Virus record (IMG/VR): IMGVR_UViG_3300030090_005562
Location: 64,001 to 128,000 of that record
DNA from: a virus
Strand: one strand, 5' to 3'
Length of the DNA stretch: 64,000 bases
Shown: one piece after another, positions 11,354 through 20,747 of the stretch
Position numbering within the stretch: position 1 is the stretch's first letter
Layout of the letters: every line of letters begins with the position of its first letter
Program-made: the position numbers and the translations under genes
The notes under the pieces: generated by a model
What the model saw: the letters and a program-made list of their open reading frames with translations, nothing else
Told to the model about the DNA's origin: nothing
The model's database searches: none

Positions 11354-11602
11354 CTATACCAATTCACGCTCTTTTTGAGATAATGACGGCGCAATCTCCT
11401 CCTTTAAAGACTCATTCTCTGAAATAAGCTCTGAAACTTGAGAGGTTAGATTCTCTATGATAGAAGTGTAGTTATTATCAATCGAGGACCTAGAATTGTG
11501 CAGCTCGATGTAAAGATGCCCAATCATTTGACAAACCGAGTTGTAATCTAAAGTTCTCGGTGGCGTTGAGCTATTTTGACTAGACGTATTTGAATTATCC
11601 AT
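11354..11602 (-). CDS. Small coiled-coil hypothetical protein
   Basis: 82-aa ORF with AAGGA RBS, in the operon. Confidence 0.55.
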   Translation of the reverse strand: MDNSNTSSQNSSTPPRTLDYNSVCQMIGHLYIELHNSRSSIDNNYTSIIENLTSQVSELISENESLKEEIAPSLSQKERELV

Positions 11603-11664
11603 TTTTCCTTTTTCCTATTAAAATGGCTTGGGGGTCAAAAGACCCCCTTCGCCAAAAATCTTAA

Positions 11665-12903
11665 TTAGCTATAAACATTCCCAAGAGCCCTAAATCCAGT
11701 ATTGCTGTAGTTGGGGTCTTGAGGATGATAAACAGTCATATCATTAAAGTTGGTATAACTGTAAGTAATTTCTTCATTTCCACCACCAGCGTCACCACCA
11801 GTAACAGAAACGCTAGAAAGTTTGTTTTTGCGACCTAAGTCAACAATTAAACCTTCTCGCATGTGCAATCGAATGGTCTGGTCAACCAAGTTCGTGCTAG
11901 TAGTTGGGTCAGGGTGGCCTGCTTCAGTTGCTGAAATCAAGTCGCCAGACGTTGAAATGATTGTAACCTCACAGGTAACCTCTGTTGGAAACGGAAGGAA
12001 CCTATGATAACGACCTTTTCGACCCAATTCAAAAATATCCTCACGACCAAAGTCGCTCGAACAGCTAAAGCTTTGAAGGTGAGTCGTAAAGCTTCCGTCT
12101 GCTGCCTGCTTGTTTTGTCCTTTGGTATTGATACCAGGAATATGAATGGGAAGCACTGTTCCAATTCCAGAACGAGGATATTCAGACTCTTGTTTTCCAA
12201 TGCTGCTGTTTGCATAATCAAACAGAACGTCTTCTCTTCTGTTAACACCGCCAGATGCCGAAACTGGATATGCACTTCTCAAAGCCAAAGGCTCATCGTC
12301 ATTGGTGGTAATTAAGTCTGTAGTAGACCAAGTAATCGCATTACCAGCTCTTGTGGAGCCTTTAGCCTGACTATACCAGACCTTATCTTGACCAACGAGA
12401 CTGACAGATTCAGTTGCATTGCCATCGATGCTAACATTGTAAGATACTGAGTTAACAAAAACGCCAGAACAAACAACGTGCGATTCAGCTAAGTGGCCTT
12501 CTGCATCTTGCGAATCCCTAGCGTTATAAGCTATTTCATCGGTATCTTTGTAGATAGCCATACAAAAATCAGCCTGCGCTCTAGAGCGGCCAATGAGAGA
12601 AGGGGCTGAAGACTTTCCATCTTCACCCGTGGAAGTAACGCCATTTATCGAGGTTGCCAAAACATAAACCGGACAATAACCATCCAAGACTTTTTCTATA
12701 TCAATCGAAACATCAGGGATACCCTCAATGTTTTCATAAATAGCAAGCTGACCAAGCTCAAAAGCCTGCTCAAGATTGAAAGTTGTTGTCATCCCAACGG
12801 ATTGGAGTCCGTGCAGTTGCTGGAATTTTTTTGCGCCGTTACCAACACCAGTACCGCTCAGACCGGCTTTTTTAGTGGCATAAAATACTCTTTTATTAGC
12901 CAT
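11665..12903 (-). CDS. Major tail (tube) protein
   Basis: 412 aa, strong AGGAGAG RBS and its own late motif upstream. Internally duplicated LQSV/LQSF...FELG pattern. Canonical position after the tail terminator. Confidence 0.7.
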   Translation of the reverse strand: MANKRVFYATKKAGLSGTGVGNGAKKFQQLHGLQSVGMTTTFNLEQAFELGQLAIYENIEGIPDVSIDIEKVLDGYCPVYVLATSINGVTSTGEDGKSSAPSLIGRSRAQADFCMAIYKDTDEIAYNARDSQDAEGHLAESHVVCSGVFVNSVSYNVSIDGNATESVSLVGQDKVWYSQAKGSTRAGNAITWSTTDLITTNDDEPLALRSAYPVSASGGVNRREDVLFDYANSSIGKQESEYPRSGIGTVLPIHIPGINTKGQNKQAADGSFTTHLQSFSCSSDFGREDIFELGRKGRYHRFLPFPTEVTCEVTIISTSGDLISATEAGHPDPTTSTNLVDQTIRLHMREGLIVDLGRKNKLSSVSVTGGDAGGGNEEITYSYTNFNDMTVYHPQDPNYSNTGFRALGNVYS

Positions 12904-12975
12904 TATTTACTCTCCTATTTTTCTATATATAGAATCTATAATTCGCTACCGAGGGGTTTGAGCTAGTTACATTAT

Positions 12976-12984
12976 TATACACCA
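12976..12984 (-). promoter_or_regulatory. Late promoter motif TGGTGTATA upstream of the tail tube
   Basis: The same 9-mer lies in short intergenic gaps before five late units. Confidence 0.65.
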
Positions 12985-12987
12985 AAA

Positions 12988-13998
12988 TCAAATGTTGGCT
13001 ATATTTGTGTTTACACCTGTAATAATGGAAAAAGTTGCCCTAACAGTAGAGCGATGAAGCCAGCTATTAACTGGAGGCATATCTGTGCATGTAAGCGCAT
13101 CAAATCTAGCCGTACTGCTTCTGTACCCTCCTTCTCCGCTAGGCTTTATCAAATCCGTGTAAACTTTCGCGTTTTTGACAGGAGTACCATTTCTGTCAAG
13201 CTGAAGAGGATACTTTTTGTCTTGTTTCATTATGCTTCTGTTTATTAAATGTATCGCTTTTTCACTTTGGCTCAGCAAGACATCCTTAAGATTGTTTTTT
13301 TCAAACTCATTGTCAGAAAAAATATGAAATAACATGTCGCTGTAAACTATATCCCCGCCGCCTAGTTGATACCCCTTTCTAGCAGGGGAGCTGACCATCT
13401 CTAGTGCAATTATTGGTAATTGTAATCTTCTATTTCCAAGCTGGTTTCTTGCCCCAGATGAAGCCATTAGGTAAGTGTTGAGGTCTTCCATGTCATAGGC
13501 GTTAAACATTAGCTCTTGAACATAGTCTTCGGAGGCGAGTGTAATTCCCACGGTCCTGTGAGTAAAATTTGCCTCAATTTTATTTCCAATGGGTATTCCA
13601 TAGTCGAAAACAATTCTGCCATTTGGATAATCTACAAAGTGCGAATATGTCGTGTCGTTTGGCAAATAAAAATTATTGTTTATCCAGACTCCGCTAACTT
13701 GTATTGGTTTTGTGTCGTCATAACTAACACCAGACTCCCAGACCCAATTATTACGAAAGCCTTCCCAAACTTGACCAGCTTCGTAGCTTGGGTCATCTGA
13801 ATTTCTTAGCCTGTATCTAGAGTGACCGTCCGAAAATGAACCCGACACAGCTGGAGACCTTGTGATATTTTGAAAGGCGCCGACATTCAAAAATCCCCAA
13901 GAAAGAAAATCTTGAACTCCCAGCATTAAAGTATTGCTAATATTGTCTTTTTGAAAAGCGGTAACGCCTTTAAATGTAGCGGGATTATTAAATGCCAT
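12988..13998 (-). CDS. Putative tail terminator/completion protein
   Basis: 336 aa, between the neck genes and the tail tube. LPIIALE...GYQLGGG...DMLFHIFS pattern. Confidence 0.55.
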   Translation of the reverse strand: MAFNNPATFKGVTAFQKDNISNTLMLGVQDFLSWGFLNVGAFQNITRSPAVSGSFSDGHSRYRLRNSDDPSYEAGQVWEGFRNNWVWESGVSYDDTKPIQVSGVWINNNFYLPNDTTYSHFVDYPNGRIVFDYGIPIGNKIEANFTHRTVGITLASEDYVQELMFNAYDMEDLNTYLMASSGARNQLGNRRLQLPIIALEMVSSPARKGYQLGGGDIVYSDMLFHIFSDNEFEKNNLKDVLLSQSEKAIHLINRSIMKQDKKYPLQLDRNGTPVKNAKVYTDLIKPSGEGGYRSSTARFDALTCTDMPPVNSWLHRSTVRATFSIITGVNTNIANI

Positions 13999-14001
13999 GC
14001 C

Positions 14002-14637
14002 TTATCCCCTTAGTCCGTTAGAAAATAAATCCATCAAATCTTTTTCTATTTTAGGCAAAACAGAATCAATTGCTTTGGTAAGAAAATTATTATCTTCATT
14101 ACCAGCGTGTTGAGGAGGAACTCTCCAGCCTTTTCCCCTTACCATAATTTTATCTCCCGTTCTAGACCTGTCTGCAAAGCCCGCTTTAACCTCAAACTCT
14201 TTAACTATTACAGCATCGCCAAGTGTTAGCAGCCACTCTAACCATCGTAATTTTTGACCCTTTTCTGTTTCTTGAATTCCGTCAACAGCCCCTTTTATTG
14301 TGTTTAAATCCGTTTGTCCTCCCTCTATTCTAACTTTAAGAAGTATTTTGTCACCAGTCATTTTTGGCCCGTCAACTTTTACCTTTACAATTTGTGAAAC
14401 AGCCAGTGCTATTCCAGCTGTATTTGCTTTTTCAACTCCTAGCTCACCTCTTAAGTCGCCGCTCTCCAGCGCTTTTGTAGTTGGAGAACTTAGAACAGCG
14501 TCCATAATTGTGTTTTGAACTCTACTTTGCATCAATCTAACAGTACCTTTAAGATTATTGCGGATATGTTTTTGAATAGCCCTTAATATATCTTTTTTCA
14601 TTTTTTCAGGCTTAATTAATTTCATAGACAGTTTCAT
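14002..14637 (-). CDS. Putative neck / tail completion protein (HK97 gp10-like position)
   Basis: Basic 211-aa ORF ending in NNFLTKAI; positional evidence. Confidence 0.5.
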   Translation of the reverse strand: MKLSMKLIKPEKMKKDILRAIQKHIRNNLKGTVRLMQSRVQNTIMDAVLSSPTTKALESGDLRGELGVEKANTAGIALAVSQIVKVKVDGPKMTGDKILLKVRIEGGQTDLNTIKGAVDGIQETEKGQKLRWLEWLLTLGDAVIVKEFEVKAGFADRSRTGDKIMVRGKGWRVPPQHAGNEDNNFLTKAIDSVLPKIEKDLMDLFSNGLRG

Positions 14638-14644
14638 GGGAATA

Positions 14645-16171
14645 CTAACCGCCCTTCACTCTTCTAAGCATTTGCGCAAAATATTTATCCTGAGCTAAGC
14701 CCCAAGGCACAGCCTCTCCCTCTCTTTCGCAAACCCATTTTCTATATGCAGACAAATCTTTGTTTAGCAATATTCTGTCACATTTTTCAATTTTTGGCAA
14801 ATCATGCATTCTGCCAATAATCATCACAGCAGTATCTGGATTTTCTACAGCTCCTGTGATGGACCAATCTCTTGGAGTCCAATAAACTCTCAGCCTAACA
14901 TCTTCCTTAATCGCACGATTAGTCCTGCCTTCTCCTCCGCACCAAGGACAAATCGTATGATTTTCAAAAGGAACTGGCCCGCCTGTCTTGTATATATTTG
15001 ACGACCTTTTTTGTCTTGGGCTATAAATGCAGTTTGGGCAAACTGAATTTTTTGTTATTGGGTAAATCAATTGACAGTTTTGGCCTGTGTTTCCAGATAT
15101 TAATGAATCAACTATATGTTCATGGCTAGATATTACCTCGTTGGGAATTGTAAAAGGCTTTGGGACACCATAAACTATTTCTGTTCTAATTAGCTTTTCT
15201 AAGGCCCCTATATCATAAGCTGTGCCTTGCGGCCTAGCGACTCCAAGCATGTCAACCGTAACAGACGATACCGTTTTTCCAGCATCTAAAGCTAAAGATG
15301 TCTTTGATAAGGCAAAGCTATTGTTTGGTGCGTCTTTAAAAACATTAGAGGCTGTGGCATTAATTTGGTGATTCAAACCGCTAAAATCATCAGCTGTTCC
15401 ATCACTACTGATGTTATTGTTAAATTGTTTTGAGCCAGTGTCAAATGTAATTTGATTAAAAGCGTATGTTATCGATTCATTGCTAGAGGTTACTGCGCCG
15501 ATGATAACATTATTTTCAACTGTTATATTTAAGGTGCAAGAAGCGGTATTTGCAAATCTTATACCGTAGTTATTAACGCTACCAGGATTTGCTACATAAA
15601 TTGAATTATTATATATAAACATATTTGTTACTCCGCCAGAACCGTCCGTAGCGTAAGCATAAATCCCAGCCGGTGTAGTGCCAGCCGTACCGTCTATAAT
15701 AATGATATTATTAGTAACATTGTTGGAGCTAGTAACTCCAGTGGAGCTTTGACCAATAAAAATGCCGTATTGAAAAGTACCATGAATAATACAATTATCA
15801 ACCCTACAATCTCTCGAAGTTCCAGAAGTTAAAAAAGAAATTGCCGTGTTTGAATTTGTAGCCCCTGTTACTCTGAGTCCGTCTATTTGCGTATAAGGAA
15901 CCCCAATCGTCATTGGCGTGCTTGCTTCCACGTATGCGCCAGCAGTTACATCTGCCTCATGCCCGTGGCCGTCTGCCGCATAAATTTTTGGAAAATTATC
16001 TGAATCCGGCGTTGAAGACCATCCTGAAAGAGTTACGGCTCCTAAATTGCCTCCAGTGTAACACTCCGCATGTTGGTCGGCGGTGGATTCTCCATCAGCA
16101 AAGTCTTCCCACAACGCCAATGTTGTAAAATCTCCATCACCAGCAGGTTTAATTGTTTTTATTGTAGGCAT
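14645..16171 (-). CDS. Virion protein: beta-helix-like N-terminal domain plus a C-terminal CxxC...CxxC domain (probable head-closure/neck domain)
   Basis: Asn/Ile-rich repeats (NNVTNNIII, IYNNSIY, VENNVII) and RPQGTAYDIGALE, then CPNC and CPWC motifs. Confidence 0.6.
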   Translation of the reverse strand: MPTIKTIKPAGDGDFTTLALWEDFADGESTADQHAECYTGGNLGAVTLSGWSSTPDSDNFPKIYAADGHGHEADVTAGAYVEASTPMTIGVPYTQIDGLRVTGATNSNTAISFLTSGTSRDCRVDNCIIHGTFQYGIFIGQSSTGVTSSNNVTNNIIIIDGTAGTTPAGIYAYATDGSGGVTNMFIYNNSIYVANPGSVNNYGIRFANTASCTLNITVENNVIIGAVTSSNESITYAFNQITFDTGSKQFNNNISSDGTADDFSGLNHQINATASNVFKDAPNNSFALSKTSLALDAGKTVSSVTVDMLGVARPQGTAYDIGALEKLIRTEIVYGVPKPFTIPNEVISSHEHIVDSLISGNTGQNCQLIYPITKNSVCPNCIYSPRQKRSSNIYKTGGPVPFENHTICPWCGGEGRTNRAIKEDVRLRVYWTPRDWSITGAVENPDTAVMIIGRMHDLPKIEKCDRILLNKDLSAYRKWVCEREGEAVPWGLAQDKYFAQMLRRVKGG

Positions 16172-16174
16172 AGA

Positions 16175-17194
16175 TTAACCATTTCCATATCCGTTAGCGT
16201 CATTATGACTAACTCTTTTTGATTTTACGAACCTATCATTTAATTCATCAACTTGAACCTGTGCGTCAATGCTGTCTGTATTGTCTCTTTTCTTGAAATT
16301 AATACCTCCGCTATGAACTGTAATTCCAGCCTGTGTTCTAAGATTAGCTGTAATAATTTCATGAAGAACATCGTTGCCTGTAAGCGCAGCTTCGTCTGAG
16401 GCTTCTTCTTCGCCGCCACCGCCTCCTCCTCCTCCAGAAGAGGTAAACGGAATAGTATCAGTTCCCATGTAGGTATTGGGATAAAACATTCCAGCGCTAG
16501 TGCTATACATGGTTGGAGTTGCTGCGAACGTAGGACTACTAGTTTCATCTAAGTCATAAGTGTTCATAACGTCTCTGTACGCACCCGCTGCTGTAGCAGT
16601 GCTTCCAACATAAGGGCCTCCCATAGGAAAATAAGCTCGCATATTTCCAGGACGAACAAAAAGAGGGGAGGCTCCGTTGTAAAGACTTGTTATTTCTCCG
16701 GCGGTAAGAGCTGCGTCCCAAGCCGCCCACTCAGCTATCTCTCCATCAAAATAATATGCGGTGCCAGGGTTACCAGCATAGGCCAGACCAATTTTAAAAT
16801 CAAGCCCGGCTGTGCTGTGGTCGCTAGTTTGATTGCTAGTGTGTGAAACCGCTGAAGCGTTATCTACAAAAAGCTCTCTTGAACCGTATTGATGTATCGC
16901 AAGAAGATGATACCAAGTAGTGCTATTATCAGCTATAACAGCGCTAGATGATGCTACATAGCTATTTTTAAAGCGCAACCTAATCTTACCGTTAGAGAGC
17001 AAATATAAGCCTAATCTTCCAGCTCCAACAGAGCCGTCATACTGCTCCCAAACGCCTCCGTTCTGTCTGCCATGAGGCTTAATCCAACAAGAGGTGGTGA
17101 ACGCATAGTTAGTATTGCTAAACCCGCTAGAGTTTAATATACTTATATTGTCTTTGCCGATACAATCGTCGGTGCCATCAAATATAATGCTCAT
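16175..17194 (-). CDS. LamG/concanavalin A-like domain virion protein
   Basis: FDGTDD, TTSCWIKP, TWYHLL and FDGEIAEWAAWDAALTAGEITSLY motifs; poly-Gly linker; C-terminal module shared with 18844..19050. Confidence 0.8.
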   Translation of the reverse strand: MSIIFDGTDDCIGKDNISILNSSGFSNTNYAFTTSCWIKPHGRQNGGVWEQYDGSVGAGRLGLYLLSNGKIRLRFKNSYVASSSAVIADNSTTWYHLLAIHQYGSRELFVDNASAVSHTSNQTSDHSTAGLDFKIGLAYAGNPGTAYYFDGEIAEWAAWDAALTAGEITSLYNGASPLFVRPGNMRAYFPMGGPYVGSTATAAGAYRDVMNTYDLDETSSPTFAATPTMYSTSAGMFYPNTYMGTDTIPFTSSGGGGGGGGEEEASDEAALTGNDVLHEIITANLRTQAGITVHSGGINFKKRDNTDSIDAQVQVDELNDRFVKSKRVSHNDANGYGNG

Positions 17195-17703
17195 TACGTC
17201 TCCTCGTATAAAGATACGGATGCAACGTAAACGTCTCCGCTAACTCCATCTTCACTAACGTCTCTCACAATTCCTATTCTAACTATATCTCCTGCGGCTA
17301 CACTATCTTTTGCTGATAGTGTATATGTTAAAATGTCTGGGTGTCCAGCCGTTCCTGGAACAGTTTTTGTTGATGCGGCCGCAGATAAATCAAAACTGGC
17401 TGCAGCCTCCATATCCAAAGAGTCTCCATCAGTAACCGCTTCTACTGCAACAAACATTGCAAGGTCGCCAGATGTGGCGCTTGCCGTATAATAACAAACA
17501 TCAGCCTTAAGAGTTCCGCTTCCGGTGTATTCAGCGGGCATTACAAACATGCCAGTTACAGCGGCTTCGTCAGCAGAATCATCAAAAGCCAGACCAACTC
17601 TTGAAAAGGGAGTGGTGCCATGATTAACATAAGTTGGGCCTGTAGTGGTATGTGCTGGGCCAAACGCCGTAGATGGGAAATTTAATGTAAAGTTTCTAGC
17701 CAT
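17194..17703 (-). CDS. Hypothetical virion protein
   Basis: 169 aa, beta-rich, overlapping start/stop coupling with neighbours. Confidence 0.6.
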   Translation of the reverse strand: MARNFTLNFPSTAFGPAHTTTGPTYVNHGTTPFSRVGLAFDDSADEAAVTGMFVMPAEYTGSGTLKADVCYYTASATSGDLAMFVAVEAVTDGDSLDMEAAASFDLSAAASTKTVPGTAGHPDILTYTLSAKDSVAAGDIVRIGIVRDVSEDGVSGDVYVASVSLYEET

Positions 17704-18212
17704 TATTCAATCCCCTTTGCTGTTCTAATTACTACTTGTGGGTCAGCGGCTAGCCACGCATCAAGATTTAGCTCCATCGCAGAAACCTCATCTTCGGTAG
17801 TAGCAGCATCAACATTGTCTTGAGCAGCGTAAAGTAAGTCTTGTCCTTGGTCAATCCAAGCGGCGAGCTGAGAGACATAAGTCACTCTTGCCGTATTTCC
17901 GGCTGCGACTGCCAATTGAAGGACGAGCAGAAGGCTGAGCTTCTCGTCATCCGTATACTTGCTTCTAAGTGCTTCACCAAGCTCTTCTTTGAATTCGTCT
18001 TTTTTATCAGACTTAACCTGAGATAGCCACTCAGCGTCCGCAGAAGCTATCTGTGAGGCTGTTTTTAAAGTAAGGCTGTCTCCAGACACCTTCCAGTGTC
18101 GTTTAGGAGCGTCGGGAATATCAGGGTTTATAAGCCATTCGCTAGGGTCATATTCTGGAGTATTTACACTCTGAATAACCTGAAGCGTTGTTTTATTTAC
18201 TACTGTTGCCAT
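17703..18212 (-). CDS. Hypothetical protein, possible fibre assembly chaperone
   Basis: 169 aa; C-terminal VDAATTEDEVSAM resembles fibre-chaperone tails. Confidence 0.5.
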   Translation of the reverse strand: MATVVNKTTLQVIQSVNTPEYDPSEWLINPDIPDAPKRHWKVSGDSLTLKTASQIASADAEWLSQVKSDKKDEFKEELGEALRSKYTDDEKLSLLLVLQLAVAAGNTARVTYVSQLAAWIDQGQDLLYAAQDNVDAATTEDEVSAMELNLDAWLAADPQVVIRTAKGIE

Positions 18213-18869
18213 TTATGTACTCCAACTATCTAATGGTTCAACTTTTCTTGAAAGAAATTCTTGTATGTCTGTAGTTTGGTCTCTTCTAAGTGCTGTAGCT
18301 GCATGCAAAATAGGATTAGGGGTAAGTATATCCCTGTGTTCCTTTATTCCTCTCTCATGTGGCTCTCTTTTGTCTATACCCCTCTCTTCAATATAAATAA
18401 CTAAATCATCTGCGGCTAGAAAATTAGCCTCTATTTCTGGGTCAAAAACATCGTCTGTTTCACTTTCGGGAAGAGCGTCAAAATCAAAATGAAGAACGCT
18501 TCTATTTGTCATTACCGTTTGTGTCATAGGCTGTCCGTCTGGTGCAGTCATTTGAACTCCATTGTCATCTTCTATGGGCTCTGTTACAATCTCACAAAAA
18601 GGAAAGTCTACGGTTGGATTTGGTTCTCCCCATTCTTTTTTCTTATTCAATATTGCTAAGGCAAGTGCTGCGGACTGAAGCTCTAAAACAGATGCGTTAT
18701 TTCCTGGCCAAGTCACGACTTGATGCACCTTTAGCTCTTGACTCCCCCATTTACCTCCAGCCAACCTGCAAGTAATTACGTCGCCTCTTCTTTTGACGCC
18801 CTTTTCTCCTTGACGCCTAACAGAAACCATAAGCTCTATTTCATTAGACACCGTACCTGTCTCCGTCAT
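18213..18869 (-). CDS. Hypothetical protein, paralogue of 19053..19595
   Basis: Shares RxGDVI...WG..E.xVHxVxxW. Confidence 0.6.
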   Translation of the reverse strand: MTETGTVSNEIELMVSVRRQGEKGVKRRGDVITCRLAGGKWGSQELKVHQVVTWPGNNASVLELQSAALALAILNKKKEWGEPNPTVDFPFCEIVTEPIEDDNGVQMTAPDGQPMTQTVMTNRSVLHFDFDALPESETDDVFDPEIEANFLAADDLVIYIEERGIDKREPHERGIKEHRDILTPNPILHAATALRRDQTTDIQEFLSRKVEPLDSWST

Positions 18870-19050
18870 TTTCTATAAATCTATTGTCAAGTTCGTCTAT
18901 TGCGTTTTGCGATTTAGGAATTTGTTCTCCTCGTCTTTCATCAAAATTTATTCCGCCATTGCTCATTTTCATACCAGCCTGTATTCGTCTGTTGGCTGAA
19001 ATGGTCTCTGTAACCACATCGCTGCCACTCAATGCGTTTTCACCTGCCAT
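18844..19050 (-). CDS. Small protein homologous to the C-terminal module of the LamG protein
   Basis: ALSGSDVVTETISANRRIQAG..GGINF..DELDNRF versus ALTGNDVLHEIITANLRTQAG..GGINF..DELNDRF. Confidence 0.7.
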   Translation of the reverse strand: MAGENALSGSDVVTETISANRRIQAGMKMSNGGINFDERRGEQIPKSQNAIDELDNRFIENDGDRYGV

Positions 19051-19052
19051 TT

Positions 19053-19595
19053 TTATACCCTCACTAACTTGCCGTCTATTATTTCAGTTTTTATTCCATA
19101 TCTTGATAACTGCTCGCTTAAAGTATCTAAATAATCTAAATATTTTTGATTGTTGTGAATTGGAGTTTCATCTCCAACAGGTGGTCCTGGCTTAGTTTTT
19201 AAACATTCAGTTTTAGCGAATTCTTTGTTGCTCTCAAATTCTTGTGAAACTTCTTCATCGGTTTTTTCTTTTGCTTCACCTAGCTCAATATTAAAATATT
19301 TTTTTGAACGAGTTTTGGTAACGTCGCCCTCATAAATTTTTATGCCATTATTATCAAAAATAGTGCAGTTTTCAACCTCTTTGTAAGGCGTCACAACCGT
19401 AGGGGGAGATTTTGTTTTCCCAAGTTGCTGCCTCATTGACTCTTCTAAAGATTCGTCATCCCAATCTAAAACCATGTGGACCCTCTGTTCCATAGCCCCC
19501 CAATCTGCAAACTCTTTTAATTTAACACATATAACATCTCCGCCTCTTTTGTCCGCACATGCAGAATTTTTCGTTCTAATCAGAGCTTCTAACAT
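19053..19595 (-). CDS. Hypothetical protein, paralogue of 18213..18869
   Basis: 180-aa ORF in the operon with the shared N-terminal motif. Confidence 0.6.
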   Translation of the reverse strand: MLEALIRTKNSACADKRGGDVICVKLKEFADWGAMEQRVHMVLDWDDESLEESMRQQLGKTKSPPTVVTPYKEVENCTIFDNNGIKIYEGDVTKTRSKKYFNIELGEAKEKTDEEVSQEFESNKEFAKTECLKTKPGPPVGDETPIHNNQKYLDYLDTLSEQLSRYGIKTEIIDGKLVRV

Positions 19596-20093
19596 TTATT
19601 CATACCAAACTGTTACCCAGCCTCTATTGTAGCTGGTTGAATCAAAATCAGCAGAATCGAAGCTTCCGCCAGTTTTTCTAATTAAAACAACTTTTTTGTT
19701 AGTAATGCCAGAAACAGCCACATCAACAGCAGTCATGTGCGTGCCGCTGTTTGAGTGATTATCTCCAAAGTATACTGTGTCCGCATCATTTCTAATTGTG
19801 AATGCGGTATTTCTTGTGCCCTTCCAGGTGTCTGAATATTCAAGCCCATGATTTACTTTAACAAATCCCGTGCTATCCATATTCCAGTCGCCAATCTCGA
19901 CAGTATTTCTTCTGAGCCCATAGTCATCAAATCTGGCTTGATAGTCTCCAGAAGCTCTAACCGCGAAATCAAGTTCAGTAATAGTCGATGTAACATTAAC
20001 ATCGATTCTTTGTGTGTCTCCAAGTTTATTTACAGAAACAACACCGTCATTGTTATTGTATCCGTCGCTAGACTTTATTTTATGTATTGGCAT
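19596..20093 (-). CDS. Hypothetical virion protein
   Basis: 165 aa with GGAGA RBS; ends NRGWVTVWYE. Confidence 0.6.
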   Translation of the reverse strand: MPIHKIKSSDGYNNNDGVVSVNKLGDTQRIDVNVTSTITELDFAVRASGDYQARFDDYGLRRNTVEIGDWNMDSTGFVKVNHGLEYSDTWKGTRNTAFTIRNDADTVYFGDNHSNSGTHMTAVDVAVSGITNKKVVLIRKTGGSFDSADFDSTSYNRGWVTVWYE

Positions 20094-20108
20094 AGTGTTT
20101 TATCTCCG

Positions 20109-20630
20109 CTAATGTCTATTTCTTGTATTTTGGTAGTCTGTTCTTCCAGCTCCACCATAAATTGCATTTCTATGTGGTCCGATAATCGCCTCTCCAACAT
20201 TGCTATTACCAAGTCTGTATTCTAATTCTGCCTGTTCGTAGTTTGCACACGCCATCTGCATCATTTCTTTTTTTGCGGCAACCATACCTCTGGGGTCAAC
20301 TGTTGATGGCCCATCTCTTACAACTATGGCATGGTTTGTAGATGACCTGTACTCACCCTTAGCTAAAAGGCAGGCGGCTTTTAAAACAACAAGATTTACA
20401 AAAGATTTATCATTTGTTGGCGTAGGAGATATTCCAGAATTAGGTATGTCAACAGTATAATCTGCCGGAAAATCTACAACGCCGAGTGTTAGGTGTGCGG
20501 ATGAGACTAAAAGGCTGCAGAGCCTTTCGTCGGTAAATTCTCTGGTTGTTTCATCGGCGTCATTTATAACATACCTCAAAAGGGTAGTCATTTCTGTCTT
20601 CCAGCCATCGGTGCTTTTACCGTAAGCCAT
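20109..20630 (-). CDS. Head-tail adaptor protein
   Basis: First gene after the capsid gene; LRYVIND...FTDERL pattern typical of gp6/gp15-like adaptors. Confidence 0.65.
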   Translation of the reverse strand: MAYGKSTDGWKTEMTTLLRYVINDADETTREFTDERLCSLLVSSAHLTLGVVDFPADYTVDIPNSGISPTPTNDKSFVNLVVLKAACLLAKGEYRSSTNHAIVVRDGPSTVDPRGMVAAKKEMMQMACANYEQAELEYRLGNSNVGEAIIGPHRNAIYGGAGRTDYQNTRNRH

Positions 20631-20672
20631 GTTTTTTTCTCCTGTCTGCGCAGATAGAGTGGTACGATATAG

Positions 20673-20681
20673 TATACACCA
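20673..20681 (-). promoter_or_regulatory. Late promoter motif TGGTGTATA
   Basis: Repeated intergenic 9-mer about 43 bp before the adaptor ATG. Confidence 0.65.
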
Positions 20682-20689
20682 ATAATTAC

Positions 20690-20720
20690 AAAAAAAGCTG
20701 GCCCCGAAACCGAGGCCAGC
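20690..20720 (-). terminator. Rho-independent terminator after the major capsid gene
   Basis: GCTGGCCTCG-GTTT-CGGGGCCAGC followed by T7 on the minus strand. Confidence 0.85.
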
Positions 20721-20747
20721 CCTTTATTTTGCCGTAAATGCTTAGTT

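Noticed and set aside
9001-11602. Programmed frameshift in tail chaperones
   Set aside because: The ORFs have their own starts and I found no convincing slippery site at the junctions.
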